Assembly: GCA_039804205.1 (NCBI GenBank)
Contig: JBDRZY010000001.1
Span: 222,198-286,197, forward strand
Direction: 5' to 3'
From: a candidate division WOR-3 bacterium
GTDB taxonomy: Bacteria; Hydrothermota; 32-111
DNA: 64,000 nt
Both the position numbers and the translations under genes were made by a program. Numbering within the stretch: position 1 is the stretch's first letter; each line of letters starts with the position of its first letter. The notes below the pieces were generated by a model. That model was not told the DNA's origin. It saw nothing but the letters and a program-made list of their open reading frames with translations, and did no database searches. Shown piece by piece: positions 48,656-58,784 of this stretch.

Positions 48656-49579
48656 ATGAAATTCAATGAAATTTTAACTCACCTGAACAATATTCCGAAA
48701 TCAAAAGATTTTGATATATATCTTATAGGTGGAGTTGTTCGAGATAAAATTCTTGGGTTTGATGATTTTTCAGATATAGATATTGCCGTTGAGGGAGATA
48801 TAGATAAATTTGTTTCCTATTTTAAAATATATTTTGGAAAAGAGATAACCAAAGAAACGAAATCAAAATTGAAAACATACAAATTTGTTCTTGGTGATTC
48901 ATCTTTTGATATAATATTCACAAGAAAGGAATACTATCCTGAAAATGGAATGCTTCCTGAACTTTCGAGGGGAACTATAATGGATGATATTAAAAGGAGA
49001 GATTTCACGATCAACAGTATTGCCTATTCTTTAAAAGAACATAATTTTTTAGATCCGTTGAATGGTATAAAAGATATTGAAAATAAAACTATAAGAGAAA
49101 ATAGAGAAAATCTTTTTGTAGAGGATCCAACAAGGATCTTTAGACTTTTTAAATACGGGGAAAGATTTGATTTTAACTATGATGAGGGGACTTTGAAAGA
49201 TTTAAAAAAATCTTTAAACGAACATGACCTTTTTAAAAATGTTTCAAAAAGCAGAATTTCAAGAGAATGGATTCTGATTCTAAAAGAAAAAGAGAAGAAA
49301 AAAATTATAGGGGATCTTTACAACGAAAACATATTTTCTGTTCTGTTCAAAAAAGAGATAAAGATAAACCTTGAATATAAAAATGAACAGGATGAATACA
49401 TCTATACACTTGGACTTTTTTATGAAAATGATCTTCAGACATTGATTGAAGTTCTCGATACTTTGCTTAATGGGATAAAAGATAAAGAAAAAGATGAGAT
49501 TGCAAATATGAAATTGGGAAAGTTGTTGAATGAGAGAATAAGGAAAAAATATGCTCCGATTTTAGAAATATATGGATAA
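48656..49579 (+). CDS. tRNA nucleotidyltransferase / poly(A) polymerase family (Pol-beta head domain) protein
   Basis: IYLIGGVVRDKILGFDDFSDIDIAV (GG.VRD...DxD) and RDFTINSIA motifs. 307 aa, with no HD domain. Confidence 0.6.
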   Translation: MKFNEILTHLNNIPKSKDFDIYLIGGVVRDKILGFDDFSDIDIAVEGDIDKFVSYFKIYFGKEITKETKSKLKTYKFVLGDSSFDIIFTRKEYYPENGMLPELSRGTIMDDIKRRDFTINSIAYSLKEHNFLDPLNGIKDIENKTIRENRENLFVEDPTRIFRLFKYGERFDFNYDEGTLKDLKKSLNEHDLFKNVSKSRISREWILILKEKEKKKIIGDLYNENIFSVLFKKEIKINLEYKNEQDEYIYTLGLFYENDLQTLIEVLDTLLNGIKDKEKDEIANMKLGKLLNERIRKKYAPILEIYG

Positions 49580-50404
49580 AATATCCATAAGAAAAGAGAT
49601 ATAAAAATGTAAAAAAAATGCTGGAAAGATGGAGTTTAATTTAAGAGAAAAGAATCCAAGAATAAAACCTCCAAAAAAAGAAGACAGAGTTTCAAGCCCC
49701 GGTTTTCCAAAATGTAAAAAGGTGAAAATAAGAGATTGTAAAATTATAGCGACAAAATCATCTTTAAAAACATCTTTAAAAGATTTTAACATTATTCCTC
49801 TGAAATAGAATTCCCAGAAGAAAAAAAAGTATAAAAATGCAAATTCGTATCTTATAAAATCATATTTTGAATTTTTCATTATTTTAAAAAGAGGATAAAC
49901 AGATTTAAACTGAGGATTTCTTGAGACGATAAAAATGATGGGAGTAATTATCATTATTGAAACAATTATTAAAATGAAAGAATTTCTTTTATCTTTGAAA
50001 CTTATGTTGAAATTTTTTAAACTGAATTTTCTGTTCAGATAGAAATATAAAATGAAAAAGAAAAAATATATGATAAGCATTCCGTTGATAAACTCATTTT
50101 TCCCGATATCTCTTTTTACTCCTTTGAGATTTACAATATAGAATGATAAAATTATTGAAGATATCAAAACAAAAATATAGAGTATTTTTAAAAACAATTT
50201 TTCTTCATTCAAACCGATATTAAAAAAGATTGGCACAAGAAAAAGTGAAAGTAAAGAAAAGTATAACCACATAGATAATGGGTATAAAAATTCACTGTTG
50301 TATAAAAGAAAAACAGACCAGAGTGTATAAAAAGTTATCGTGAAAAAATCTTTTCTGAGAGTATATATCTTTATCTCTTTTAAATATGAAAAAAAAGTTT
50401 TCAT
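49562..50404 (-). CDS. CPBP family intramembrane glutamic endopeptidase (CAAX protease-like)
   Basis: Polytopic membrane protein with EFAFLYFFFFWEFYFRG (EExxxR-type) and FTFLHF (FxxxH) motifs. Confidence 0.65.
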   Translation of the reverse strand: MKTFFSYLKEIKIYTLRKDFFTITFYTLWSVFLLYNSEFLYPLSMWLYFSLLSLFLVPIFFNIGLNEEKLFLKILYIFVLISSIILSFYIVNLKGVKRDIGKNEFINGMLIIYFFFFILYFYLNRKFSLKNFNISFKDKRNSFILIIVSIMIITPIIFIVSRNPQFKSVYPLFKIMKNSKYDFIRYEFAFLYFFFFWEFYFRGIMLKSFKDVFKDDFVAIILQSLIFTFLHFGKPGLETLSSFFGGFILGFFSLKLNSIFPAFFLHFYISFLMDILSIYF

Positions 50405-51465
50405 CTCTTATCCTTTTTATAATTTGTAAAATTGATTTTTTCGGGAAGTTCAAAGTATGAATATTTTGAAGATGGATTCCATAAGATGAATCCGTCAACA
50501 TCAGAATCGATTGCCGCCTTTATCTGATTGTTAACATAATCGTTTCCCATGAGTGAAGATTTCCATGTAAAATCTTGGAGATAGAGTATGGTTTTAGTAT
50601 TAAATTTTTCTATCCTTTTTTTTGATTTTATACCACTTTGATATATTATCTGGTAAGTTCTTTCCTCTTTTCCCAATTTTCTATAAAGTGAATCTGAAAA
50701 ATGTGACGGATAGACCATTGGATAGATAGCATCAGCATAAATAGCCATGCCATCTAAATACTGGTTAACAAGATTTAAAGAATCAAACCAAACTGTATAT
50801 CCGTAAACATCGCACGATATATCTACTCCGTAAGGTTTAAGTTCGTTGTATGCTTTGTTCAAAAAATTTATGATGGTTTCAAAACCGTTTAAACTGTTTC
50901 TTTCAGGAAAAACCAATGTACCCTTTATTCCATCTGTTGGAAATCTAATATAATCAAACTGGATCTCAGAAAAGCCAATTTTGGCACATTCTTTTGCTAC
51001 ATCTATTATATAGTTCTGGACAAAAGTTGAATAAGGAGATACCCAGATCGCTTTAGAAAGATCGTAATATATTGAGCCATCAGTATATTTGACAGCATAT
51101 TTGTAATTTTCATATTTCCCCAGGATATTATCTTTAAAACAAACTATTCTTGCTATAGGTTTAATTCCAAGTTTTTTGAGTGTATCAATCTTTTCTTGAA
51201 GGAGGTTTATTTTTTGGTATGAATTGATCATAGAATATGTTGGATCAAGATTTACGGCAACATCACCGTAATCGTATTTCATATCTATAACAACAGCGTT
51301 GAAGTTATTTACTTTCAATTTTTCTAAAAGTGCATAAAATCTTTTTGATGAAGCTACATATCTTGAAATGTATACTCCTTGAACCTTCTCGCCGAATATC
51401 AAAAAAGGTAAGTAAAAAATTATAAAAGTTAAAAAAAATCTATTTTTCTTGTGTAATGATGTCAT
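50401..51465 (-). CDS. putative glycoside-hydrolase-like TIM-barrel protein (DUF4015/GHL family)
   Basis: Signal peptide. VQGVYISRYVASSKRFYALLEKLKVNNFNAVVIDMKYDYGDV and FDYIRFP match the pattern of the GHL/DUF4015 family. Confidence 0.45.
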   Translation of the reverse strand: MTSLHKKNRFFLTFIIFYLPFLIFGEKVQGVYISRYVASSKRFYALLEKLKVNNFNAVVIDMKYDYGDVAVNLDPTYSMINSYQKINLLQEKIDTLKKLGIKPIARIVCFKDNILGKYENYKYAVKYTDGSIYYDLSKAIWVSPYSTFVQNYIIDVAKECAKIGFSEIQFDYIRFPTDGIKGTLVFPERNSLNGFETIINFLNKAYNELKPYGVDISCDVYGYTVWFDSLNLVNQYLDGMAIYADAIYPMVYPSHFSDSLYRKLGKEERTYQIIYQSGIKSKKRIEKFNTKTILYLQDFTWKSSLMGNDYVNNQIKAAIDSDVDGFILWNPSSKYSYFELPEKINFTNYKKDKR

Positions 51466-53020
51466 ATTTCACTTTTAACAGAGAGGATCTTGTGGTTACA
51501 AAAAGGTATTTATCGAATGAAACTATATTGTAAAAACTGTTAGAGGGTAGAGGGTATCTTTTTTTATTAAAGATTTCCCACTTTTTTTGTTTTTCAGAAA
51601 AAACTCCAAAACCATCAGTTGCAGCTGCAAATATAAAAGTTCCTTTTCTTGCAAGATCATAAAATTCTCCAAAAAGGTTATTTGGATATGAAACATATTT
51701 TTCTTTTCCTCTTTTTATATGAATATAAGCGTTATCGAGTAAAATTTCTGTTGAATCGTCTTTATAGAACTGATAAACAAAAAATATTGGAAAATCAAAT
51801 TGAACAGGATAATAAGAAGAATCGTTTAAATTTGTTTTATAAAGTTTATTCTGTGAAACGAAATATAATGTATCTTTATAAATTTCAAGATCGATTACAG
51901 ACTGGATATTATCAAATTTCTGGTAAAACTTTTTTTCCTGTACATCAACAAATCCTATTCCTCTGTCATTGGATACTATAAAAAGACCATCTTTTATAGG
52001 TTTTGCTCTGAAAAAAATTGTTGTTAAAGAATTTGGAATATTGAAAAATCTCTCTTTTGAAATATCATAATAAAAAATTCCACCGAGTTGAGTTAAAAAG
52101 AGCACATATTTTTTTGATGATGTTATGACATTTATTTGGTTGTCTGGTATTTCAGGGATGTTTGATAAATTGTAATAGGTAAAAATTCTTTTGTTTATAT
52201 CGTATTTTGTAATGTTGATGCAATTCAACCCTGCTACCCAGAGATTATTTAAAGAATCGAGTGAAATTGATCTGATATCCAGAGAACCTGTTCCATATAG
52301 AAAATGTTTTCTTTTTAAACTCATTTTGTCAATCTTCAAAAAACCTATCCCATCCGTTCCTACATAATAATTGTGGGGATCCTCATAGACGGTTGTGAAA
52401 TTGTATTCTTTGTTTCCATAAAAGATACTATAAGGCAACAGTTGTGGGTAATCTTTTACATCTTTGTTGATTTTTCTCCAGTTGATTTTTTTGTCGTTTC
52501 TACTTAAAACCCAGTTTTCAGTTTTCAATCCATATTTTGATGATGAATACACAAGAGTATCGATCTTTACAAAGAGTGACTCTTCTGTGACACCGATAAG
52601 TGAAACCGATTTTCCCGAAAAATCCAAAATTTTGCAATATTCGATTGTATCGTTAAAGATATCGTAATGGTATAAAAAATCCCTGCCTGTAAAATATAGA
52701 TTGTTGTTATGTATGGGATCTGAAAAAAGGTTTTTAAATGGAATGTCATACATCCATTTTCTAAAAGAGAGTAAAGTTGTTACCTCATCGGTGAATCTAT
52801 CAAGTTTTAAAATACCTGAAGATGTTCCAATGTATATATTTTCTATATCACCTGTAATATCCAGGACATTTAAAAAATATGAAAGATTTTCATAATCAGG
52901 AGTTGTTGTTATGTTCTGGTTACAAAAAGAGGAATTGAAGAATCCAAAAATCATTAAAAGAAAAAATATTTTATAAAAATATTTCATTTTGGACCTCACC
53001 AATATTTTGTGCGATCTCAC
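51440..53020 (-). CDS. secreted beta-propeller protein with two-component-regulator-propeller (Reg_prop)-like repeats, no kinase domain
   Basis: Signal peptide. Repeats such as SLNNLWVAGLNCINITKYD and NIYIGTSSGILKLDRF. 526 aa. Confidence 0.4.
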   Translation of the reverse strand: MRSHKILVRSKMKYFYKIFFLLMIFGFFNSSFCNQNITTTPDYENLSYFLNVLDITGDIENIYIGTSSGILKLDRFTDEVTTLLSFRKWMYDIPFKNLFSDPIHNNNLYFTGRDFLYHYDIFNDTIEYCKILDFSGKSVSLIGVTEESLFVKIDTLVYSSSKYGLKTENWVLSRNDKKINWRKINKDVKDYPQLLPYSIFYGNKEYNFTTVYEDPHNYYVGTDGIGFLKIDKMSLKRKHFLYGTGSLDIRSISLDSLNNLWVAGLNCINITKYDINKRIFTYYNLSNIPEIPDNQINVITSSKKYVLFLTQLGGIFYYDISKERFFNIPNSLTTIFFRAKPIKDGLFIVSNDRGIGFVDVQEKKFYQKFDNIQSVIDLEIYKDTLYFVSQNKLYKTNLNDSSYYPVQFDFPIFFVYQFYKDDSTEILLDNAYIHIKRGKEKYVSYPNNLFGEFYDLARKGTFIFAAATDGFGVFSEKQKKWEIFNKKRYPLPSNSFYNIVSFDKYLFVTTRSSLLKVKYDIITQEK

Positions 53021-54446
53021 TTATCAGAGGATTTTTAGATTTTGATATTTCCCCTGATCTAAAATGTGTATAAACCCCTAAAACTGACGATGTTAGAAGG
53101 TCGTATCCAAAAGAAACATAAGCCCCAATCATCCCAGCAAGAAGATCTCCCGAACCTGCTGTTGCGAGTTTCAAATTTGAATTGGGAAGGACAAAGGTGT
53201 TCTCCCCATCGGTTACAACAGTTGGTGGCGATTTAAGTACCGTCACAGTCGAATATTTTTTTGAAAATTCTTCTGCTAATGTTATTTTTTCTTTGATGTT
53301 GGAAAATCTCTTTTTTGTTAGCCTGAAAAACTCCTCAGGATGGGGGGTTATAATTTTATTTTTTAAAATTCTTTTTTTATTTTTCTCATCGAGTTGTGCA
53401 ATAATGTTTATACCATCAGCATCGATTATAACTTTTTTATGATCCAGTTTTTTGATCATCTCAATAAAAGTTTCTTTTGAATTCTGATCGTTTCCAAATC
53501 CACAACCGATAACTATGTTCTCACTCTTTAAAATTCCATCATCAAAGTTATCAATGTAAACCGCCTCTTTTAAAAATTTGATTTTTTCGTTTCCCAATTG
53601 TTTGATATAAACTATTCCTGCACCGGTTTTCATTGCCCCAAGTGCAGCGATCTGTATTGAGCCTTCCATTCCTTTGTTTCCACCAATAAGAAAGAGATTG
53701 CCCTTCTGTCTTTTATGGAAATATTTTTCTTTTTTTATGTTGAAATGTTTTACAAGTCCAACAATTATATCTTTTTCTATTATCGTTTGAAAATCATAAT
53801 CGAAAACTATCTGGTATGGTATCGATATATCGGCAACAAAAATATCACCTGTGAATTTTTTTGAATCAACCCATAACATTCCTGTTTTTACAAAACCGAA
53901 AGTGATCGTTGCGGTGGCTTTTACTGTATCCCTATCGAACATTCCAGTGTTTGAATCAAGTCCGGAAGGTATATCGAGTGAAAATATTCTTTTATTTGAT
54001 CGATTTATTATTTTCACATATTTTCTAAAAAAAGGTGTGAATTCTCCATGAAAACCTGTTCCAAACAAAGCATCTACAATTAGATCGGATGATTTCAAAA
54101 TGTTAGAGAATTTATTTTCGGAAGGGTTAAAAAGGATGTTGCGACTTAATTTCATCAGAATTTTAAGGTTCGTTTGACTTTCATCGGATAATTTTTTGGT
54201 GTCTCCCAAAACTATTGTTGAAACATCATAATTTTTGTTTAAAAGATGTCTTGCGAGTGCAAAACCATCACCACCATTGTTTCCAGTTGAACAAACTATT
54301 ACCGGTCTTTCAAATTTAAAATTCGAAAGCAAAGTATTACAGGAAGCGATAGCTGCATTTTCCATCAAAATTTCTGGTTTTATCAAGTATTTCTCAAAGC
54401 AAACAGTGTCTATTTTTTTTGAAGTTTCTCCATAGATTGAAAACAT
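52971..54446 (-). CDS. nnr: bifunctional NAD(P)H-hydrate epimerase / ADP-dependent NAD(P)H-hydrate dehydratase
   Basis: YjeF_N motif VIVCSTGNNGGDGFALARHL. C-terminal carbohydrate-kinase motif LKLATAGSGDLLAGMIGA. Confidence 0.85.
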   Translation of the reverse strand: MFSIYGETSKKIDTVCFEKYLIKPEILMENAAIASCNTLLSNFKFERPVIVCSTGNNGGDGFALARHLLNKNYDVSTIVLGDTKKLSDESQTNLKILMKLSRNILFNPSENKFSNILKSSDLIVDALFGTGFHGEFTPFFRKYVKIINRSNKRIFSLDIPSGLDSNTGMFDRDTVKATATITFGFVKTGMLWVDSKKFTGDIFVADISIPYQIVFDYDFQTIIEKDIIVGLVKHFNIKKEKYFHKRQKGNLFLIGGNKGMEGSIQIAALGAMKTGAGIVYIKQLGNEKIKFLKEAVYIDNFDDGILKSENIVIGCGFGNDQNSKETFIEMIKKLDHKKVIIDADGINIIAQLDEKNKKRILKNKIITPHPEEFFRLTKKRFSNIKEKITLAEEFSKKYSTVTVLKSPPTVVTDGENTFVLPNSNLKLATAGSGDLLAGMIGAYVSFGYDLLTSSVLGVYTHFRSGEISKSKNPLISEIAQNIGEVQNEIFL

Positions 54447-54552
54447 AAAGAAATATTATAGATAAAAATTATCAAAGTCAATATGAACAGATGATCTACA
54501 AAGGTTTTTATCCTTCTTTATTTTTTTTATATATCTGATATAATCAAAAATT

Positions 54553-55890
54553 ATGAAAAAATTATTTTCACTTTTTTCTATGATCTGGTTGATGATGTTT
54601 TTCTCATGTGCAAATTTTAATGCATATTTCAATATATTTTATAACGCAGAAAAATATTATAAACTTGGCATCAAACCTCTTGAAGATGACAAACCTGTTG
54701 ATAGAACCTACCTCGATAAATCGATAGAAAAATCTTCGAAAATATTGCAACTCCACCAGAATTCAAAATATGTCGATGATGCTTTGATTCTGATAGGCAA
54801 ATCCTACATGTATAAAGGTGATTATTCAAAAGCGATAAAAAAATTTACAGAACTGATAGATTATTTTCCAGATTCGAAGTATTTTGAAGAAGCGTTATTC
54901 TACCTTGGCAAGACATATCTGATGCAACAGGATACAAATATCTCTTTAACAATATTCGGTCAGGTCGTTTCAAAGAATGGGAAATTCCAAAATGAAGCGG
55001 TAAAAGAGATAGTAAACGTTTATATGGAAAAAAAAGATTTTAACAGTGCTGATAGCTTGATAGAAAATATATTATATAAAGCAAAGAATAATCCTGTAAA
55101 TCTTTTTTTAAGGGGAAAGATTAAATATCTAAAAAAAGAGTATGATACAGCGTTAAAAAATTTTCTAAAAATAAATGTAAAATCGCTACCGAAAGATTTT
55201 ATTTTTGATTATTATAGGTACCTTATAGGTTGTTATGTTGAACTGGGGGATTTAAAAAATGCAGAAAAATATACCAGCCGTGCGATAGATATTTTTCAAA
55301 ACCATAATAAAAGGAATGTTTTCTATTACCTTAAAGTTCAGATATTTGAAAAAAAGAAAGAGTATGAAAAATCGATCAAATTGATCGATGAGATTTTGTC
55401 TGGAAGGGATAGATACCTTATGGATTCCCTTTTGTTTAAAAAGGGATATATCTATGAAAAATATTTTAACGATTTAAAAAATGCTGAGAAATCTTACAGG
55501 ATGTTAACTGAGAGTCAACAGAACTCGCCTCTCTTTTATCAGGCAGAGGCAAAATCGAAATCGTTACAACTTTTACTCTCTTTGCAGAATCAGGATTTAG
55601 AGTTGAGTGAGGAGGAAAAGATAAAGAACAGATTCCTTCTTTCTGAAATCGAATATTTTTTCCTTGGAAAAACTGAAGATGCAATAAAAGGATACAAAAA
55701 TATAGTTGACTCTTTCCCTCTCTCTTACTATTCTCCGAAAAGTTTATTCGCATTATCCTATATATACCTGAAAGAGTATAAGGATACTTTACAATCGATA
55801 GATTTTCTTGAAAGAGTAGTGAACGATTATCCTTCAACCGAGTTTTATCTTAGTGCTTTAAAAAGAATAAAGGAACTTAAAAATGATTGA
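54553..55890 (+). CDS. TPR-repeat lipoprotein
   Basis: Lipobox MFFSCANF, followed by multiple TPR-like repeats. Overlaps pyrK by 8 nt. Confidence 0.55.
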   Translation: MKKLFSLFSMIWLMMFFSCANFNAYFNIFYNAEKYYKLGIKPLEDDKPVDRTYLDKSIEKSSKILQLHQNSKYVDDALILIGKSYMYKGDYSKAIKKFTELIDYFPDSKYFEEALFYLGKTYLMQQDTNISLTIFGQVVSKNGKFQNEAVKEIVNVYMEKKDFNSADSLIENILYKAKNNPVNLFLRGKIKYLKKEYDTALKNFLKINVKSLPKDFIFDYYRYLIGCYVELGDLKNAEKYTSRAIDIFQNHNKRNVFYYLKVQIFEKKKEYEKSIKLIDEILSGRDRYLMDSLLFKKGYIYEKYFNDLKNAEKSYRMLTESQQNSPLFYQAEAKSKSLQLLLSLQNQDLELSEEEKIKNRFLLSEIEYFFLGKTEDAIKGYKNIVDSFPLSYYSPKSLFALSYIYLKEYKDTLQSIDFLERVVNDYPSTEFYLSALKRIKELKND

Positions 55891-56602
55891 AAAAGTTTTA
55901 AACAAAATTTTTTTAACAGAAAATGTATTTGTTCTGGAAATTTCTAAAAGTTTTAAAGAGAATATTTTGCCGGGACAATTTGGTTCTATAAAAACCGATC
56001 TTAAGGATAAAATTTTAAGAAGACCTTTTACGATAGTAAATGATGGTAACAGATCTTTAACTTTTCTTATAAAAATTGTTGGTGATTCAACCGAGAATAT
56101 AAGTCAACTGAAAAAAGGTGATCATGTAGATATACTCTATCCACTTGGAAAAGGTTTTGAAAAGGATATTGATTACAGAAAAACTCTTTTTGTTGGAGGG
56201 GGAATAGGGCTGGCTGCTATAATACCTTTTTTAAAAGGGAAAAAGTGTTACAATCTCATTTTTGGAGACAGAGAAGGTGAATACAAAAATGTTTTGAAGT
56301 ATTTTTCTTTAAAAGGTTTATACTGTTCGGAAAAAAATGGTAAAATAAAAGGTTATCCAACAGATTTTTTGAATCGTTATGATTTTGATACGGTTATTGG
56401 CTGTGGCCCGAAAGAGATGCTGAAATCGATAAAAAAATATTGTGTAAAAAACGAAAAAAGATTTTACGCTATCTATGAGGAAATAATGGGGTGTGGTATT
56501 GGTCTATGCAATGGTTGTGCTGTTAAGATGGAAGATGGTGATTTTGTAAAACTTTGTACAGAGGGTCCAATTCTCGATGGGAACAGGATAATTTATGGTT
56601 GA
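55883..56602 (+). CDS. pyrK: dihydroorotate dehydrogenase electron-transfer subunit
   Basis: FAD/NAD-binding domain and the C-terminal [2Fe-2S] motif CGIGLCNGCAV. Confidence 0.85.
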   Translation: MIEKVLNKIFLTENVFVLEISKSFKENILPGQFGSIKTDLKDKILRRPFTIVNDGNRSLTFLIKIVGDSTENISQLKKGDHVDILYPLGKGFEKDIDYRKTLFVGGGIGLAAIIPFLKGKKCYNLIFGDREGEYKNVLKYFSLKGLYCSEKNGKIKGYPTDFLNRYDFDTVIGCGPKEMLKSIKKYCVKNEKRFYAIYEEIMGCGIGLCNGCAVKMEDGDFVKLCTEGPILDGNRIIYG

Positions 56603-57512
56603 TTTGAGTGTTAAAATTGGAAAAACAGTTTTAAAAACTCCCGTAATCGGTGCGAGTGGTTGTTCTGGCTGGGGAGTTGAACTTTCGAAATATAACGATT
56701 TCAAGAAGATCGGTGGATTTGTTACAAAATCGATAACATTGAAAAAAAAGGTGGGGAATGAAACTCCAAGGATCAAAGAGGTTTATGGTGGAATACTGAA
56801 TTCTATCGGACTTGAAAATAATGGAGTTGATTATTTTATAGAAAATATTCTTCCTAAGATAAAAAACTTCAAATGTGTAAAATTTTTAAACCTTGCACCT
56901 TTTTCAAGAGATGATCTTGTGAATATGATAGAATACCTTGATAGACATCAAGGTTTTGACGGATATGAGATAAACATTTCGTGTCCGAACATCACAAACA
57001 AAAAGATAAATTTTAATTCCAACTTTGCTGATTCTAAAAAACTTTTGAAAAATATCAGAGGTTTAACTGAAAAAACATTGCTTTTAAAGTTATCACCTTC
57101 ATATAGTGAATCATTCGAAATCGCAAAGTTTGCAGAAAGCGAAGGTTTTGATGGAATAAGTTTTACGAACACTTATATTGGAACATCTGTTGATATAGAA
57201 AAAAGAGAGTTTGTTTTTAAAAATGTTCAGGCAGGTTTTTCTGGACCGGCGATCAAACCTCTATCCCTGTTCAATGTTTACAAAATGGTTAAATCTGTTA
57301 AAATTCCTGTTATAGGAATAGGTGGAATTACAACTCTGGATGATTTGCTTGAATTTTTGATCGTTGGTGCAACAGCCGTTCAGGTGGGAAGTGGAGTTTT
57401 GATAAAACCTGATATCCTTGAAGAACTTTCTATCGGCCTTGAAAGATATATGAAATCAAAACGTATAAAAAGTGTTAAAGAGATTATAGGTAGTATCAAG
57501 GAGAGATTATGA
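56595..57512 (+). CDS. pyrD: dihydroorotate dehydrogenase catalytic subunit (class 1B)
   Basis: VIGASGCSGWG, NTYIGTSVD and GIGGITTLDD motifs. Confidence 0.9.
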   Translation: MVDLSVKIGKTVLKTPVIGASGCSGWGVELSKYNDFKKIGGFVTKSITLKKKVGNETPRIKEVYGGILNSIGLENNGVDYFIENILPKIKNFKCVKFLNLAPFSRDDLVNMIEYLDRHQGFDGYEINISCPNITNKKINFNSNFADSKKLLKNIRGLTEKTLLLKLSPSYSESFEIAKFAESEGFDGISFTNTYIGTSVDIEKREFVFKNVQAGFSGPAIKPLSLFNVYKMVKSVKIPVIGIGGITTLDDLLEFLIVGATAVQVGSGVLIKPDILEELSIGLERYMKSKRIKSVKEIIGSIKERL

Positions 57513-58240
57513 ATCCTAAAGATCGACTTATAATAGCACTCGATTTTGATTCTTTAAAAAAAGCGGAAAAACTTGTAGACGCTCTTGAAGATGATGTTAC
57601 AACATATAAAGTTGGTCTTCAACTTTTTACTAAAGAGGGATACAGATCTTTGAACATGTTGAAAAAGAGGAACAAAAAAGTTTTTCTTGATCTAAAATTT
57701 CATGATATACCAAATACAGTAGTTGGTGCTGTTTCATCTGTTCTTGAGCATGGAGTTGATATGTTAACGATACATGCGATGGGTGGTTTTGATATGATGG
57801 AGAGTGTTGCAAAGCTGATATGGCAAAGGAGAGAGAAGAGAAATCATGCACCTAAAATTTTTGCTGTTACACTTTTGACATCTCTTGACAGTGCTTTTTT
57901 ACAGGATATTATAGGGGCAACTAATAGGAGTGTCGAGGAAGAAGTTTTGATACTCGCTCAGGCAGCAAGATCTGCTGGAATAGATGGAGTTGTTGCTTCT
58001 CCTCTTGAAGTTAAAATGTTAAGGAAAAAATGTGGAAATGAACTTTTGATTTTGACCCCTGGAATCAGACCAGAAGGTTCTGAAAAAAATGATCAACAGA
58101 GGAGTGCAACACCTTATGATGCGATAAAGGATGGTGCAGATTACATAGTGGTTGGAAGACCTGTTACAGCATCCGATGACCCCAAAAGGGTTGTTAAAAA
58201 TATTATACGGGAGATAAAAGATGGACTTAAAAACACTTGA
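57509..58240 (+). CDS. pyrF: orotidine-5'-phosphate decarboxylase
   Basis: LIIALDFDS...FLDLKFHDIPNTV...VVGRPVT. Confidence 0.9.
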   Translation: MNPKDRLIIALDFDSLKKAEKLVDALEDDVTTYKVGLQLFTKEGYRSLNMLKKRNKKVFLDLKFHDIPNTVVGAVSSVLEHGVDMLTIHAMGGFDMMESVAKLIWQRREKRNHAPKIFAVTLLTSLDSAFLQDIIGATNRSVEEEVLILAQAARSAGIDGVVASPLEVKMLRKKCGNELLILTPGIRPEGSEKNDQQRSATPYDAIKDGADYIVVGRPVTASDDPKRVVKNIIREIKDGLKNT

Positions 58241-58775
58241 AAAGGAAAAGGTTGTATTAAAAGGGCATTTTCTTTTAACAAGCGGGCTTCATTCTGATAC
58301 GTATTTTGAAAAGTTCAGAATTCTTGAAAATCCCAGGTTGTTATCTGAACTTGTTTCAACTGTTGTAAAAAAACTCAAAGGTAAAAATTTTGATTATGTT
58401 TTAGGTCCTGTTGTTGGAGGGATAGTTGTTTCATATGAGTTTGCAAGACAGTTGAAGTGTAAAGCAGCATATCTTGAAAAAAGGGATGACAAACTTGGAC
58501 TCTTTAGAGAAACTCCAATAACTCCAAACGATCGAATTCTTCTCGTTGATGATGTTTTGACAACCGGAAAGTCGATAAACCAGATGATAGATGCTGTTAA
58601 AAGTTTTAAAGGCAACATTCTTTCGATAGCAGTTCTTATAGATAGAAGTGATAATCTAAATTTTGAATATCCATTGTTTTATGGAATGAAGGTTGAAGCA
58701 AAAACCTATGTTCCAGAAAATTGTCCTTTGTGTGAAAAGAAAGAAATTTTAATAAGACCAGGAGGAAAAAGATAA
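58221..58775 (+). CDS. pyrE: orotate phosphoribosyltransferase
   Basis: PRPP-binding motif ILLVDDVLTTGKS. Confidence 0.9.
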   Translation: MDLKTLEKEKVVLKGHFLLTSGLHSDTYFEKFRILENPRLLSELVSTVVKKLKGKNFDYVLGPVVGGIVVSYEFARQLKCKAAYLEKRDDKLGLFRETPITPNDRILLVDDVLTTGKSINQMIDAVKSFKGNILSIAVLIDRSDNLNFEYPLFYGMKVEAKTYVPENCPLCEKKEILIRPGGKR

Positions 58776-58784
58776 GGAGGATAT

